The position numbers and the translations under genes were made by a program. Under the pieces are notes generated by a model, which saw only the letters and a program-made list of their open reading frames with translations, ran no database searches and was not told the origin of the DNA. 64,000 nucleotides of DNA. Source: Nanobdellota archaeon. GTDB taxonomy: Archaea > Nanobdellota > Nanobdellia > Woesearchaeales > UBA583. The stretch is from NCBI GenBank assembly GCA_048625195.1, contig JBMCRE010000003.1, positions 5,341 to 69,340 on the forward strand, read 5' to 3'. Below are positions 8,850 to 18,252 of the stretch, in pieces (position 1 is the first letter of the stretch; every line of letters starts with the position of its first letter).

Positions 8850-10037
8850 ATGAGAGAAAAACAAGTTAGATTAATTATTTTTCCAGGATATTTTTTACCT
8901 CATGTTGGAGGTTTGGAAACACATGTTGATGAATTTGTTAAGCATTTATCTAAAAATAAAAAATATGATATTACAATTTTTGTTCCTAAAATTCCTAAAT
9001 TTGCAAAAGAAAAAGAGATTATATATAATAATGTTAAAGTAATTCGTTACCCTGCCTTTGAAGTTATTTCTAATTTTCCTTGTTTAAAATTTTGGGATTT
9101 GAAGTTTTGGAAATTATATTTTAGTTTGTATAAAAAAGATTATGATATTGTTATGAGTAGAACAAGATTTTTTTTAAATTCTTTTTTAGGGATGTTTTTT
9201 GCTAAGTTTAGATTTAAAAGAATTAAATTTATTCATGTGGAGCATGGTAGTGATTTTGTAAAGCTTGAAAGTAGTTTTAAGTCTTTTATTGCTAAAGTTT
9301 ATGATAAAACTTTTGGAAAGTTGATTTTTTTATTAGCAGATAAAATTGTTGCAATATCTGATGTGTCTTATGGTTTTGTACAAAAAGAATTTGTTAAATT
9401 TAAAAGAGAAGTTCCTATTATTAAAAGAGGAGTTGATTTTGAGTTATATAAAAATATTAAAAAAGATTTGAATATTAAAAAAAAGTATAAAGGAAAAATT
9501 ATTATTGGTTCTTTGTGTAGATTGTATAAATGGAAAGGTGTTGAAAATGCAATTAAAGCATTTATTAGTTTAGATTATGATGTTAAAAAAAAATGTGTTT
9601 ATTTGATTGTTGGAGATGGAGAAGATATTAATAGGTTGAAAAAATTAGCTTTAAATGAGAAAAATATTGTTTTTTTAGGTTTGGTTGATTTTAATAGAGC
9701 AATTAGTTCGCTTAAAAGTTTTGATATTTTTATTCATTCTTCTTATATGGGAGGTGCTTTGTCTAATTCGCTTCTTCAAGCTTTGTATTGTAAATGTTCT
9801 GTTGTTGCATCTCCTAATGAAGGTGCAAAGGAAGTTGTTTTTAATGGTAATACAGGTTTATTATTAAAGAATAATTCTGTTGAGGAATTGAGACGAGGAA
9901 TTTTGAAATTAATTATTGATGAGCATTTAAGAGAAGAGTTAAGTTTGAATTCTAAGAAGTATATTGAAAAAAATTTTAGTTGGAATGAAGTTGTTAAGAG
10001 TTATGAGAGAGTTTTTGATGAGGTTTTGAAGGGATGA
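8850..10037 (+). CDS. Glycosyltransferase family 4 (GT-B, group 1)
   Basis: N-terminal FPGYFLPHVGGLETHV. C-terminal SSYMGGALSNSLLQALYCKCSVVASPNEGAKEVV..GNTGLL (E-x7-E region). Confidence 0.85.
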   Translation: MREKQVRLIIFPGYFLPHVGGLETHVDEFVKHLSKNKKYDITIFVPKIPKFAKEKEIIYNNVKVIRYPAFEVISNFPCLKFWDLKFWKLYFSLYKKDYDIVMSRTRFFLNSFLGMFFAKFRFKRIKFIHVEHGSDFVKLESSFKSFIAKVYDKTFGKLIFLLADKIVAISDVSYGFVQKEFVKFKREVPIIKRGVDFELYKNIKKDLNIKKKYKGKIIIGSLCRLYKWKGVENAIKAFISLDYDVKKKCVYLIVGDGEDINRLKKLALNEKNIVFLGLVDFNRAISSLKSFDIFIHSSYMGGALSNSLLQALYCKCSVVASPNEGAKEVVFNGNTGLLLKNNSVEELRRGILKLIIDEHLREELSLNSKKYIEKNFSWNEVVKSYERVFDEVLKG

Positions 10038-10042
10038 AGAGA

Positions 10043-10135
10043 TTAAGGGCTTGAGGGCTGAAGAGCTGGAGGGATGAGGGCTGAAGGGTTATAGTTTTTA
10101 TTAAACCTGTTTGGAAATGGCTTTTAGATTTAGTT
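10043..10135 (+). pseudogene. Remnant of the 3' end of a COG1373 (AAA+/DUF4143) ATPase gene
   Basis: This GC-richer patch aligns at the nucleotide level to the tails of the ATPase genes ending at 17308, 28855 and 15911. It ends in attaaacctgtttggaaatggctttta (IKPVWKWLL). No upstream body is present. Confidence 0.6.
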
Positions 10136-10347
10136 TAAAAGGTGAGTAAGAATCTTTAGTTGTTATATATGGTTTGGGATTTTGGGTTGAAGCGCTTAAG
10201 TGTTTGAGATTGAATTGAGAGAGTTATTTGTTAATTTTTGGATAAAATTTTGTGCAATTATTTTTAAAAATAAAATAATAAAATTAATCAATGTCTCTTA
10301 AGAAAATTATTGATTTTGTAAAATCTAGAAAAAAGAATTAAATAAAA

Positions 10348-10593
10348 TTGAAAAAACATGCAATAAAGAGAATAATTCAAAGAAATTTAAATAAAAAAGT
10401 TATTATTGATTTTCTTACTAATAAAGAAATTGTAGGAATTCATAAACAAAAGAGACAAGTTTATAAATTGTGGTTTGAATATAATAATATTGAAGATTTA
10501 ACTATTATATTTAAAATTCAAATTTTAGAAATTGAAATTATTACAGTTATTAAAGAGAATAATAAAAAAAGATTAAAAAATGATAAAAAATAA
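10348..10593 (+). CDS. DUF4258-like putative toxin
   Basis: KKHAIKRIIQRNL N-terminus and ...IEIITVI near the C-terminus, as in DUF4258. It overlaps the following DUF2283 gene by 14 nt. The start is a non-ATG (TTG) codon in the track. Confidence 0.45.
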   Translation: MKKHAIKRIIQRNLNKKVIIDFLTNKEIVGIHKQKRQVYKLWFEYNNIEDLTIIFKIQILEIEIITVIKENNKKRLKNDKK

Positions 10594-10957
10594 AAAAAAG
10601 TCAAAAATTGATTATGATTTTAATAATGATAACTTATTTGTTTATCCTAAAAAAAGAGAACCTAATGAATATCAGTTTTCGGAGTATGTTGACAATATTA
10701 TATTTGATTTTGATAAAAAGAATAAGTTAATTGGAATTGAAATACTTGATGCATCTAAAACTTTAAATTTATCAAGATATAAATTGTCTTTTCTTGATAA
10801 GTGGAACTTTGAAGTAATTATTAATCAAGAAATAATTAAAATAAAGATAAATTTAAAGTTTCAAGTAAGAAATAAAATAAATAAAAATAGTATATATATT
10901 GAAAAATTGAATGGAAGTATTTTGAATTCAGTTCATATGAATTTAGCTTTTTCTTGA
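10580..10957 (+). CDS. DUF2283 family protein (putative antitoxin partner)
   Basis: DYDFNNDNLFVY ... FDFDKKNKLIGIEILDASK matches the DUF2283 signature (YD...D.L.i ... G.lvGiEil.As). Confidence 0.55.
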   Translation: MIKNKKKSKIDYDFNNDNLFVYPKKREPNEYQFSEYVDNIIFDFDKKNKLIGIEILDASKTLNLSRYKLSFLDKWNFEVIINQEIIKIKINLKFQVRNKINKNSIYIEKLNGSILNSVHMNLAFS

Positions 10958-11018
10958 TATTTTTTTTTAATAAATATTTTATGAAAAACATATAAAGTAG
11001 TAAGTATATTATATAAAT

Positions 11019-11209
11019 ATGGATACAACTTTATTTGTAAATAGAGAATATGAATTAAAATTTTTACAAGATTGAAGTTAGATGAATATGAAATTGAATA
11101 TAAAGTGTTTGCAAAGAGTTATAGTTTATCAAAAGATGAGTTAGATGAGTTTGTTGAAGTTAATTTTTATGATTTAAAGGATATGAAAAAGTTGTGGAAG
11201 ATTAGATAA
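11019..11209 (+). pseudogene. Short gene fragments. The N-terminal 18 codons resemble an archaeal ATPase, and other fragments follow in other frames.
   Basis: MDTTLFVNREYELKFLQD then a stop. FVNRE.EL is the usual start of PF01637-type archaeal ATPases. A downstream frame gives ...DELDEFVEVNFYDLKDMKKLWKIR. There is no intact ORF. Confidence 0.3.
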
Positions 11210-11284
11210 AAATTTATCTTATTTTTAATTATAAGGATAAATTTTAATGTAATTAGTTTTAAATAAGTATTTTTTGATTTATTT

Positions 11285-12151
11285 ATGGAATTTAAAATTG
11301 AAGAAATAAAAAGTAAAATAGAAACAATTAGAGGAGTTCAGGTGATAATTGATAATGATTTAGCAAAAATGTATGAAGTAGAAACAAAAGTGCTAAATCA
11401 AGCAGTTAAAAGAAATATTGAGAGATTCCCAAGTGATTTCATGTTTCAATTAAGTGAAGAAGAAGTAATAAACTTGAAGTCACAATTTGTGACTTCAAAA
11501 GAACATGGTGGTAGAAGAACATTGCCTTATGCTTTTACTGAACAAGGTGTTGCAACTTTATCTGGAGTTCTAAAGAGCAAAAAAGCAATTGAGATAAATA
11601 TTCAGATTATGAGGGCTTTTGTTCTTATGAGAAAATATTTTACTCAAACTTATAATATTTTACAAAAAGTTCATCTGATTGAGAGCAAACAATTAAGGTT
11701 TGAAATTGAATTTAATCAAAAACTAAATGATTTATTTGATAAATTTGAAGTTGGGGGAATAGATAGAAAAGAAGGAGTGTTTTTTGAAGGAGAAATATTT
11801 GATGCGTGGGTTTTTATTTCTGATTTAATTAGAAGTAGTAAAGAAAAAATAATTCTCATAGATAATTATGTTGATGAGAAAGTATTAAAATTATTTACAA
11901 AGACTAATTCTAATGTTAATGTTATAATTTATACTAGTAAATTTAATAAGTTAGATTTTGAAAAATATAATCTGCAGTATGGAAATATCAAATTAAAAAC
12001 TATTGATGGTATTCACGATAGATTTATAATAATTGATGATAAATTATATCATATTGGAGCATCATTAAAAGATTTAGGTAAAAAGATGTTTGCATTTTCT
12101 AAATTAGAACATTCTCTTGAAAAAATTAATAAAATATTATATGAAAGGTAA
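11285..12151 (+). CDS. ORF6N (KilA-N-like DNA-binding) domain protein with a C-terminal PLD-like (HxR variant of HKD) domain
   Basis: N-terminus: IRGVQVIIDNDLAKMYEVETKVLNQAVKRNIERFPSDFMFQL...GGRRTLPYAFTEQGVATLSGVLKS. C-terminus: IHDRFIIIDDKLYHIGASLKD, which fits H-x-[KR]-x4-D-x6-G spacing. Confidence 0.7.
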   Translation: MEFKIEEIKSKIETIRGVQVIIDNDLAKMYEVETKVLNQAVKRNIERFPSDFMFQLSEEEVINLKSQFVTSKEHGGRRTLPYAFTEQGVATLSGVLKSKKAIEINIQIMRAFVLMRKYFTQTYNILQKVHLIESKQLRFEIEFNQKLNDLFDKFEVGGIDRKEGVFFEGEIFDAWVFISDLIRSSKEKIILIDNYVDEKVLKLFTKTNSNVNVIIYTSKFNKLDFEKYNLQYGNIKLKTIDGIHDRFIIIDDKLYHIGASLKDLGKKMFAFSKLEHSLEKINKILYER

Positions 12152-12200
12152 TATTCCAAAGATTTATAATAAATAAGTTTAGATTAATAAATATAGAAAA

Positions 12201-12347
12201 ATGATATTTGATTTTCAAGAAGATGAATTTGTGGAGTATAAAAAAAGTTTTAACTATTCTGTGATTGAGAGTTTAGTTGCTTTTTCAAATTTTAAAGGTG
12301 GAAAGGTTATTGTTGGAGTAGATCAGAAAAAAGAAAAGTTATTATGA
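12201..12347 (+). pseudogene. N-terminal fragment (48 codons) of an AlbA_2/Schlafen-type putative DNA-binding regulator
   Basis: MIFDFQEDEFVEYKKSFNYSVIESLVAFSNFKGGKVIVGVDQKKEKLL then a stop. E.EfK ... AfaN..GG.i.iGv is the AlbA_2 signature. Confidence 0.5.
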
Positions 12348-12985
12348 GGTTTTTGAGTATGTTTAAATATATTTACATTGATGAGAGTGGAGATTTAGGG
12401 TTTAATAATAAAAAAAGTTCAAGATATTTTATTATTTCAGCTTTAATTATTGATGAACCAAATGATGCTAAAAGAATTATCAAAAATGCTCGAAGAAATA
12501 AGTTCAAAAAAGAATTAAAAAAAACAAATGAATTAAAAGCAAATAATTCTTCTAAAGAATTAAGAAGTTATATTTTAACTAAAATTAATTATATAAAAAA
12601 TACAAGTATATTTCATATTGTTTTAGATAAAAAAGAAGTAAGAAGTAGTTTTTTAAAAAGTAATAAACATAAATTATATAATTTTGTTGCAGGGAAACTT
12701 GTTAAAAATATTCTAATGAATAATACAGATTTATATATTACAATTGACAAATCAAAAGGAAAATTGTTTTTAATAAATGATTTTAATCAATATTTTAAGG
12801 AAAAGTTGTTTGAGAGGAATAGTTGTTTGAAATGTAAGATTTCTAATAGTTATTCTCATAATTTTGCAGGGTTGCAATTGGTAGATTTTATTGCTTGGTC
12901 GGTTTTTAGAAAGTATGAGAGTTTAGAATCTTTTTATAATGACAAATTAAGAATAGAACAAGAGGTATTTAGTGTATGGTATTGA
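12344..12985 (+). CDS. DUF3800 family protein
   Basis: YIYIDESGDLGF near the N-terminus and GLQLVDFIAWSVFRKY near the C-terminus, both typical of DUF3800. Confidence 0.7.
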   Translation: MRFLSMFKYIYIDESGDLGFNNKKSSRYFIISALIIDEPNDAKRIIKNARRNKFKKELKKTNELKANNSSKELRSYILTKINYIKNTSIFHIVLDKKEVRSSFLKSNKHKLYNFVAGKLVKNILMNNTDLYITIDKSKGKLFLINDFNQYFKEKLFERNSCLKCKISNSYSHNFAGLQLVDFIAWSVFRKYESLESFYNDKLRIEQEVFSVWY

Positions 12986-13002
12986 ATTTTAGAAATACAG
13001 CA

Positions 13003-13048
13003 CCACTAAGCACTGAAGCGAACACCTCAAGGTATTCTGACTTAGTGG
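13003..13048. repeat. Inverted repeat/hairpin (CCACTAAG ... CTTAGTGG, 30-nt loop) just 3' of the DUF3800 gene
   Basis: Read from the sequence. It lies in a locally GC-richer patch between the DUF3800 stop and the downstream gene remnant. Confidence 0.4.
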
Positions 13049-13128
13049 TTTTACCTGATATTAATATGTGTATTTATTTATTTATAAATGTATTTATTAA
13101 ATTAAATTTAATACAAAAATTAAAAAAT

Positions 13129-13425
13129 TATGGTTTGCCTGATTTGAAAGTTTCTTTATTTGGAAGTGGATTTAATGTTTTTGTTGATTCTAAAGATTAT
13201 AAAAAGACCGTCCAAAAGACCACCCAAAAAGAAACATTAACAGAATTAGAATTAAAAATTTTAGAAGTGATAAAAAAAAATAACAGATTAACTAGAGAAA
13301 ATATAGCAAAAATTTTAAATATTAGTCCTAATACTGTTAAAGAATATTTAGCAAAATTAAAAAACAAAAATATTATAGATAGATTAGGTGGCAGAAAAAC
13401 TGGTTATTGGAAGGTGTTAAAATGA
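13129..13425 (+). pseudogene. C-terminal fragment of the same type of AlbA_2/HATPase_c_4 regulator (wHTH end)
   Basis: LPDLKVSLFGSGFNVFVDSKDYKKTVQKTTQKETLTELELKILEVIKKNNRLTRENIAKILNISPNTVKEYLAKLKNKNIIDRLGGRKTGYWKVL resembles the C-terminus of RecG-like/AlbA_2 regulators. The upstream part of tracked ORF 12976..13425 looks non-coding. Confidence 0.5.
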
Positions 13426-14522
13426 AAAAGAAAAAAATAATGTTTTTTATAACAGGATTAGGTAGAGGTGGGGCGGAAGTTATGTTATTTAAAATATTAC
13501 CTTTATTAAAAAATAAATATGATATTGTTTTAGTTAGTTTACTTGGAAAAAGTGAAGTTGGAAAAGAAATTTCTAAAAAAGGAATTAATGTAATTTATTT
13601 AAATTCAAAAGGATTTAATTTATTTAAATCAATTTTTAATTTTAGAAGAGTTATTAAACAATTTAAACCGGATTTGTTATTTACATTTTTAATTCATGCT
13701 GATGTTTTTGGACGTGTTTTTGGTAAGATGTTTGGAGTTAAAAAAGTTTATTGTTCTATTAGAAACGATTATTCAAAAGTTACTAAATTTTATTTATTTG
13801 ATAGATTTAGTAGATTTTTAGTTGATAAATATGTTCCAAATTCTTATTCTTTATATGATTATTTAGAAAATAAAGTTAAAGTTGATAGAAAAAAAATTAT
13901 AGTTATTCCAAATGCTATAGATTTAAATGATATATATAGTCAAATTAATTCTAGTTTTGATTTGAGAAAAAAGTTTAAAATTAATAAAAATAGGTCAATT
14001 TTAGTGAGTATTGGAAGGTTTAAAAAACAAAAGGACTATCCTACATTGATTAGAGCAATTAATATTTTAAAAAATAAATTTAGATTAAAAGTTAGTTTAA
14101 TATTGATTGGGTATGGTGATGAAGAGAAAAATTTGAAATCTTTAGTTAATGAATTGGGTTTGAATGATGAAGTTTATTTTCCAGGTAATTGTTATGATGA
14201 TAGGTTTTCAATTGTTAAACAATCAGATGTATTCGTATTACCTTCATTAACTGAAGGTATGAGTAATGCAATATTAGAAGCAATGAGTTTAAAAAAAGCT
14301 ATTATTGTAAGTAATATAGAGCAAAATAAAGTATTAATTAAAAATAATGAGAATGGTTTAACTTTTAGAGTTGGTAATTCTGATGATTTAGCAAAAAAGA
14401 TTGAGAGATTGATTAGGGATGGTAAATTGATAAAAGATTTAGGAAAAAAAGCATATAATGATATTAATGAAAAATATGAATTAGAAGGTGTTATTAAGCA
14501 ATTTGAAAAAGTGATTGATTGA
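13407..14522 (+). CDS. Glycosyltransferase family 4
   Basis: FFITGLGRGGAEVMLFKIL N-terminus. LPSLTEGMSNAILEAMSLKKAIIVSN...NENGLTF C-terminus. Confidence 0.85.
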   Translation: MEGVKMKKKKIMFFITGLGRGGAEVMLFKILPLLKNKYDIVLVSLLGKSEVGKEISKKGINVIYLNSKGFNLFKSIFNFRRVIKQFKPDLLFTFLIHADVFGRVFGKMFGVKKVYCSIRNDYSKVTKFYLFDRFSRFLVDKYVPNSYSLYDYLENKVKVDRKKIIVIPNAIDLNDIYSQINSSFDLRKKFKINKNRSILVSIGRFKKQKDYPTLIRAINILKNKFRLKVSLILIGYGDEEKNLKSLVNELGLNDEVYFPGNCYDDRFSIVKQSDVFVLPSLTEGMSNAILEAMSLKKAIIVSNIEQNKVLIKNNENGLTFRVGNSDDLAKKIERLIRDGKLIKDLGKKAYNDINEKYELEGVIKQFEKVID

Positions 14523-14592
14523 ATTAAAATAAAATAATTAAAATCATTCTTTTCAAACGAAAGATTTTAAACAAATTTTTCTTTTATGTTGC

Positions 14593-15911
14593 ATGGATAA
14601 AGAAAAGATAAAAAAAATATATTTAGATCAAAGAGAATATTATTTAGAAAAAAAGAGATTATATCAAGAGAAATTGATTTAAATTTTTATATAAAATCTA
14701 AATAAATTGTATTAATTTCAGGAATTAGAAGATGTGGGAAATCAACATTACTATACTTGATAAAAGATAAAATAAACCTAAAAAAAGAAGAGATATTTTA
14801 TTTTAATTTAGATGATGAAAGGATAATTGATTTTCAAGTTGAAGATTTTAACAAATTGCTTGAAATTCATATGGAAATGTTTGAGATAACTAATATTAAA
14901 GATATAGTTTTGTTTTTTGATGAAATTCAAAATATTAAAGGTTAGGAGAAATTTTTAAATAGAATGTATGAGAGAGAATGAAAATATTTGTTACAGGTTC
15001 TAATGCGAAATTGCTTAGTTCTGAAATTTCAACATCTCTTACAGGGAGAAATTTGGTTCTAAAACTATATCCTTTTTCTTTTACAGAATTTCTAATTTAT
15101 AAAAATAAATCATTTAATTTGGATTATTTAAGTACAGTATATTCAGTTAATCTAAAGATTTTATTTAATGAATATTTACAATATGGTGGTTTCCCATTGG
15201 TTTTGTACGAACAAAATTTACAAATAATAGATATATTTTATCAAGACATATTATGTAGGGATATAGTTGCAAGATACAATTTAAGTCAAGTTGATGAGTT
15301 AAAAAGTTTAAGTACTTCCTTAATTATAAATATTGGAAAATTATTTTCATATTCTAAATTGAAAGATATTACTAAAATGAAAAGTCTTAGCAGTTTGAAA
15401 ACTTATTTAGATTATTTATCAAATTCATATTTATTATATTATTTAAGTAAATTTGATTATTTATATAATAAACAGGTTTTAAATTCTAAAAAAGTTTATG
15501 TTCAAGATATTGGTTTTCATAATAGTTTAGGTTTTAAATTTAGTAACGATAAAGGTAGAATTTTAGAAAATATTGTTTTTATTGAATTAAAAAGACGAGG
15601 AAAGAAGATATATTATCATAAAGATAAAAAAGAGTGTGATTTTATTATAAAAGAAGGATTGGATACAGTTTCTGTAATTCAGGTAACACAGAGTTTGGAG
15701 AATGGAGAAGAGTGGATAGAGACAAAAAAAAAGAGAAATAGAAGGATTAATTGATGCTTGTAGAGTTTATGGCTTAAAGAGAGGATTAATTCTAACTGAA
15801 GATGAAGAGGGATAAGAGACTAGAGAATTGAGTTTAGAGAATGGGGGAAAGAGAGTGGTTAAAATTGTAATAAAACCCATATGGAAATGGTTATTGAGTG
15901 AAGGTTTTTAA
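14593..15911 (+). pseudogene. Decayed COG1373 AAA+/DUF4143 ATPase paralogue
   Basis: Collinear with the intact copies (ISGIRRCGKSTLLYLI, FFDEIQNIKG, KIFVTGSNAKLL, ECDFIIKEGLDTVSVIQVT, IKPIWKWLLSE). It is broken by in-frame stops (IKG*EKF, ERE*KIF, EEG*ETRE) and a frameshift near 15750. Tracked ORFs 14757..14945 and 14978..15754 are its pieces. Confidence 0.75.
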
Positions 15912-15964
15912 AATTGTTAATAATTGTTAATTTTATCGATTATGAACGATAATTTTATAAATAA

Positions 15965-17308
15965 TTGACGACTATAATCTATAATATGAATACAAAAATA
16001 AGAGAAATTCTTGAAAACCAAAACCATTGGTGGTTTAATAAAAGTTTTGAGACAGGAATAATTAGAACACAATATTTCTCTAAAATAGATAGTTATATGA
16101 GTGCAAAAGAGATATTTTTTCTTGTAGGGGTAAGGCGTACAGGCAAATCAACAATAATGTATCAAATAATTGATAAACTTCTAAAAAGTAAAGTTAATGA
16201 GAAAAATATATTGTATCTTAATTTGGATGAACCATATCTTCAAAGCCAATTTTCAGATCCTAATCTAATTACTTCAATTATTGAAGAATATTTAGTTGAA
16301 AATAAAGAAATAGATAAATTATATTTATTCATAGATGAAATACAAGTATTTCCTTATTGGTCTCAAAGTTTAAAATTCATCTATGATACAAAATCTCAAA
16401 TTAAAATAGTTGCAAGTGGTTCAAGTTCAAATCTAATAAAAAGTGATTTGGCAGTTAAATTATCAGGAAGATATTTTTATACAAGTGTATATCCTTTATC
16501 TTTTAATGAATACTTATACTTTAACAATTTAAAAGACCTAAAATCTATTGAAATAAAAAAAGAATTTGAAAACTACATAAAATATGGTGGATTTCCAAGG
16601 GTTGTTCTTGAAAAAAATAATGATTTTAAACAAGAAATTTTGAAAAATTATTTTCAGACAATTTACATGAAAGATATTATAGTTCCAAATAAAATTAGAA
16701 GTAATGAAGATATATACAAATTATTATACTATTTGCTCTCAAATGTAGGAAAACACTTCTCATTTACATCATTATCTAAAGTATTGAATATTTCTGTTGA
16801 TACAATAAAAGAATATATAGAATATATGGCAAAAACATACTTTGTAACAATATTAAATAAATATGATTATTCTCTCAAAAAACAACTGGTAAATCCCAAA
16901 AAAATATATTCAATAGATACTGGAGTAATTAATGCAATTGCATTTAAGTTCAGCGAAAATTATGGCAGACTGCTAGAAAACCTTATATTTACACAATTAA
17001 AAAGACAAGATAAAGAAATCTACTATCATAATAACAAGTATGAATGTGACTTTGTGATAAAGGAAGGATTGGACATAGTATCAGCAATACAGGTAACTGC
17101 ATCACTAGAAAGCGAACCAACAAAAAAAAGAGAAATAGAGGGTTTATTAGATGCTTGTAGAGTTTATGACTTAAATACAGGATTAATTTTAACTGAAGAT
17201 GAAGAGGGAGAAGAGATGAGGGAGTTGAGACTGGAGAGTGGGGAAAAGAGAGAAGTTAGAATTGTAATAAAACCCATATGGAAATGGTTATTGAGTGAAA
17301 CTCAATAA
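15965..17308 (+). CDS. COG1373-type ATPase (AAA_14 + DUF4143 domains)
   Basis: Walker A GVRRTGKST, Walker B-like LFIDEIQ, and C-terminal ECDFVIKEGLDIVSAIQVT...IKPIWKWLL. The real start is probably the ATG at 15986 (MNTKIREI). Confidence 0.8.
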   Translation: MTTIIYNMNTKIREILENQNHWWFNKSFETGIIRTQYFSKIDSYMSAKEIFFLVGVRRTGKSTIMYQIIDKLLKSKVNEKNILYLNLDEPYLQSQFSDPNLITSIIEEYLVENKEIDKLYLFIDEIQVFPYWSQSLKFIYDTKSQIKIVASGSSSNLIKSDLAVKLSGRYFYTSVYPLSFNEYLYFNNLKDLKSIEIKKEFENYIKYGGFPRVVLEKNNDFKQEILKNYFQTIYMKDIIVPNKIRSNEDIYKLLYYLLSNVGKHFSFTSLSKVLNISVDTIKEYIEYMAKTYFVTILNKYDYSLKKQLVNPKKIYSIDTGVINAIAFKFSENYGRLLENLIFTQLKRQDKEIYYHNNKYECDFVIKEGLDIVSAIQVTASLESEPTKKREIEGLLDACRVYDLNTGLILTEDEEGEEMRELRLESGEKREVRIVIKPIWKWLLSETQ

Positions 17309-17472
17309 ACGACTAAGAATTTATGAAATAAATTGTTATGTATGGTTATTGAATGAAATTCATTAGTATTATAACAAATATTAAAAGAAATTAATAAAAA
17401 AGTTTTTAAAGAGTATTAATGTTTTAATAAATATGTGTGGTATATTAGTTACTACATTATAACTAATTTCAA

Positions 17473-18252
17473 ATGGATTCAAAAATTTATGAAAAAAGAT
17501 TTGATAAAGAAGTGGGGGTATGGAATGAACATTATCAAAAACAAAAATTGAATTCATTGATAGAATTAGAAGTTAAAAGAAGAACTAAATTTACATTAGA
17601 ATTTATTAAAAAAATAAAAAAAAATAATTTAAAAGTACTTGATATTGGCTGTGGGAGCGGGAATCTACTTCAAAAAATTAAAAAGTTAAATACAAATATT
17701 GATATAACTGGTATAGATATCTCCTCAGAAATGGTTAAAACTGCACAAAAAAATAATAATACAAAAAAGATATATCAAAAAAATATTGAGAAGGAAAGTT
17801 TAAATCAAAAATTTGACGTTATAACTTTAATGGGAGTTTTCCCATATTTTAAAAATCCCAAAAAAACAATAAAAAATATTGATAATATGTTAAAACCAGA
17901 AGGATACATTATATTTACATATAACAACAAGATATCTTTATCGTATAAAATAAATAGATTTTTCAAAAATATTGCTAGTACGTCAATGGGCAAGCATATT
18001 ATTGAATTTATTAGAAAATATTTCTTAGGAAGAAAAAATAAATTAGAAAAAAGCACTTTAACATTAAGAGGATATAACATAGGGGAAATAAGAACTCTTT
18101 TAAAAAATTATGAAATCATAAAAGAAGAGGGTTTAGTCTACTCTCCAGGTTTAATGGGGAGTTTATCTGTTAAAACAGATAAGATTTGGAAAAAACTACT
18201 TCCTAAAAAAAGTGGTTATGCTAACATAGTATTTATGAGAAAGAATGAGTAA
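17473..18252 (+). CDS. Class I SAM-dependent methyltransferase
   Basis: VLDIGCGSGNLL motif I and FDVITLMGVFPYF post-II region. Confidence 0.8.
   Translation: MDSKIYEKRFDKEVGVWNEHYQKQKLNSLIELEVKRRTKFTLEFIKKIKKNNLKVLDIGCGSGNLLQKIKKLNTNIDITGIDISSEMVKTAQKNNNTKKIYQKNIEKESLNQKFDVITLMGVFPYFKNPKKTIKNIDNMLKPEGYIIFTYNNKISLSYKINRFFKNIASTSMGKHIIEFIRKYFLGRKNKLEKSTLTLRGYNIGEIRTLLKNYEIIKEEGLVYSPGLMGSLSVKTDKIWKKLLPKKSGYANIVFMRKNE

Noticed and set aside
10040-10240. GC-richer patch considered as a tRNA or other structured RNA
   Set aside because: It aligns to the 3' coding end of the COG1373 ATPase paralogues (…IKPVWKWLL). No cloverleaf could be drawn.
13003-13048. Hairpin in a GC-richer patch considered as a tRNA, split-tRNA half or C/D-box sRNA
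   Set aside because: The 8-bp stem with a 30-nt loop does not fit tRNA geometry. There are no T-arm or anticodon-arm features. CTGA boxes are present, but no RUGAUGA C box is nearby. It is kept only as a cassette-boundary hairpin.
17041-17100. The ECDFVIKEG…AIQVT segment of the COG1373 ATPases, read as an inactivated PD-(D/E)xK nuclease (Q-V-T instead of E-V-K)
   Set aside because: I recall that I-Q-V variants are common in archaeal members of this family. I cannot establish that the substitution is unusual without an alignment.
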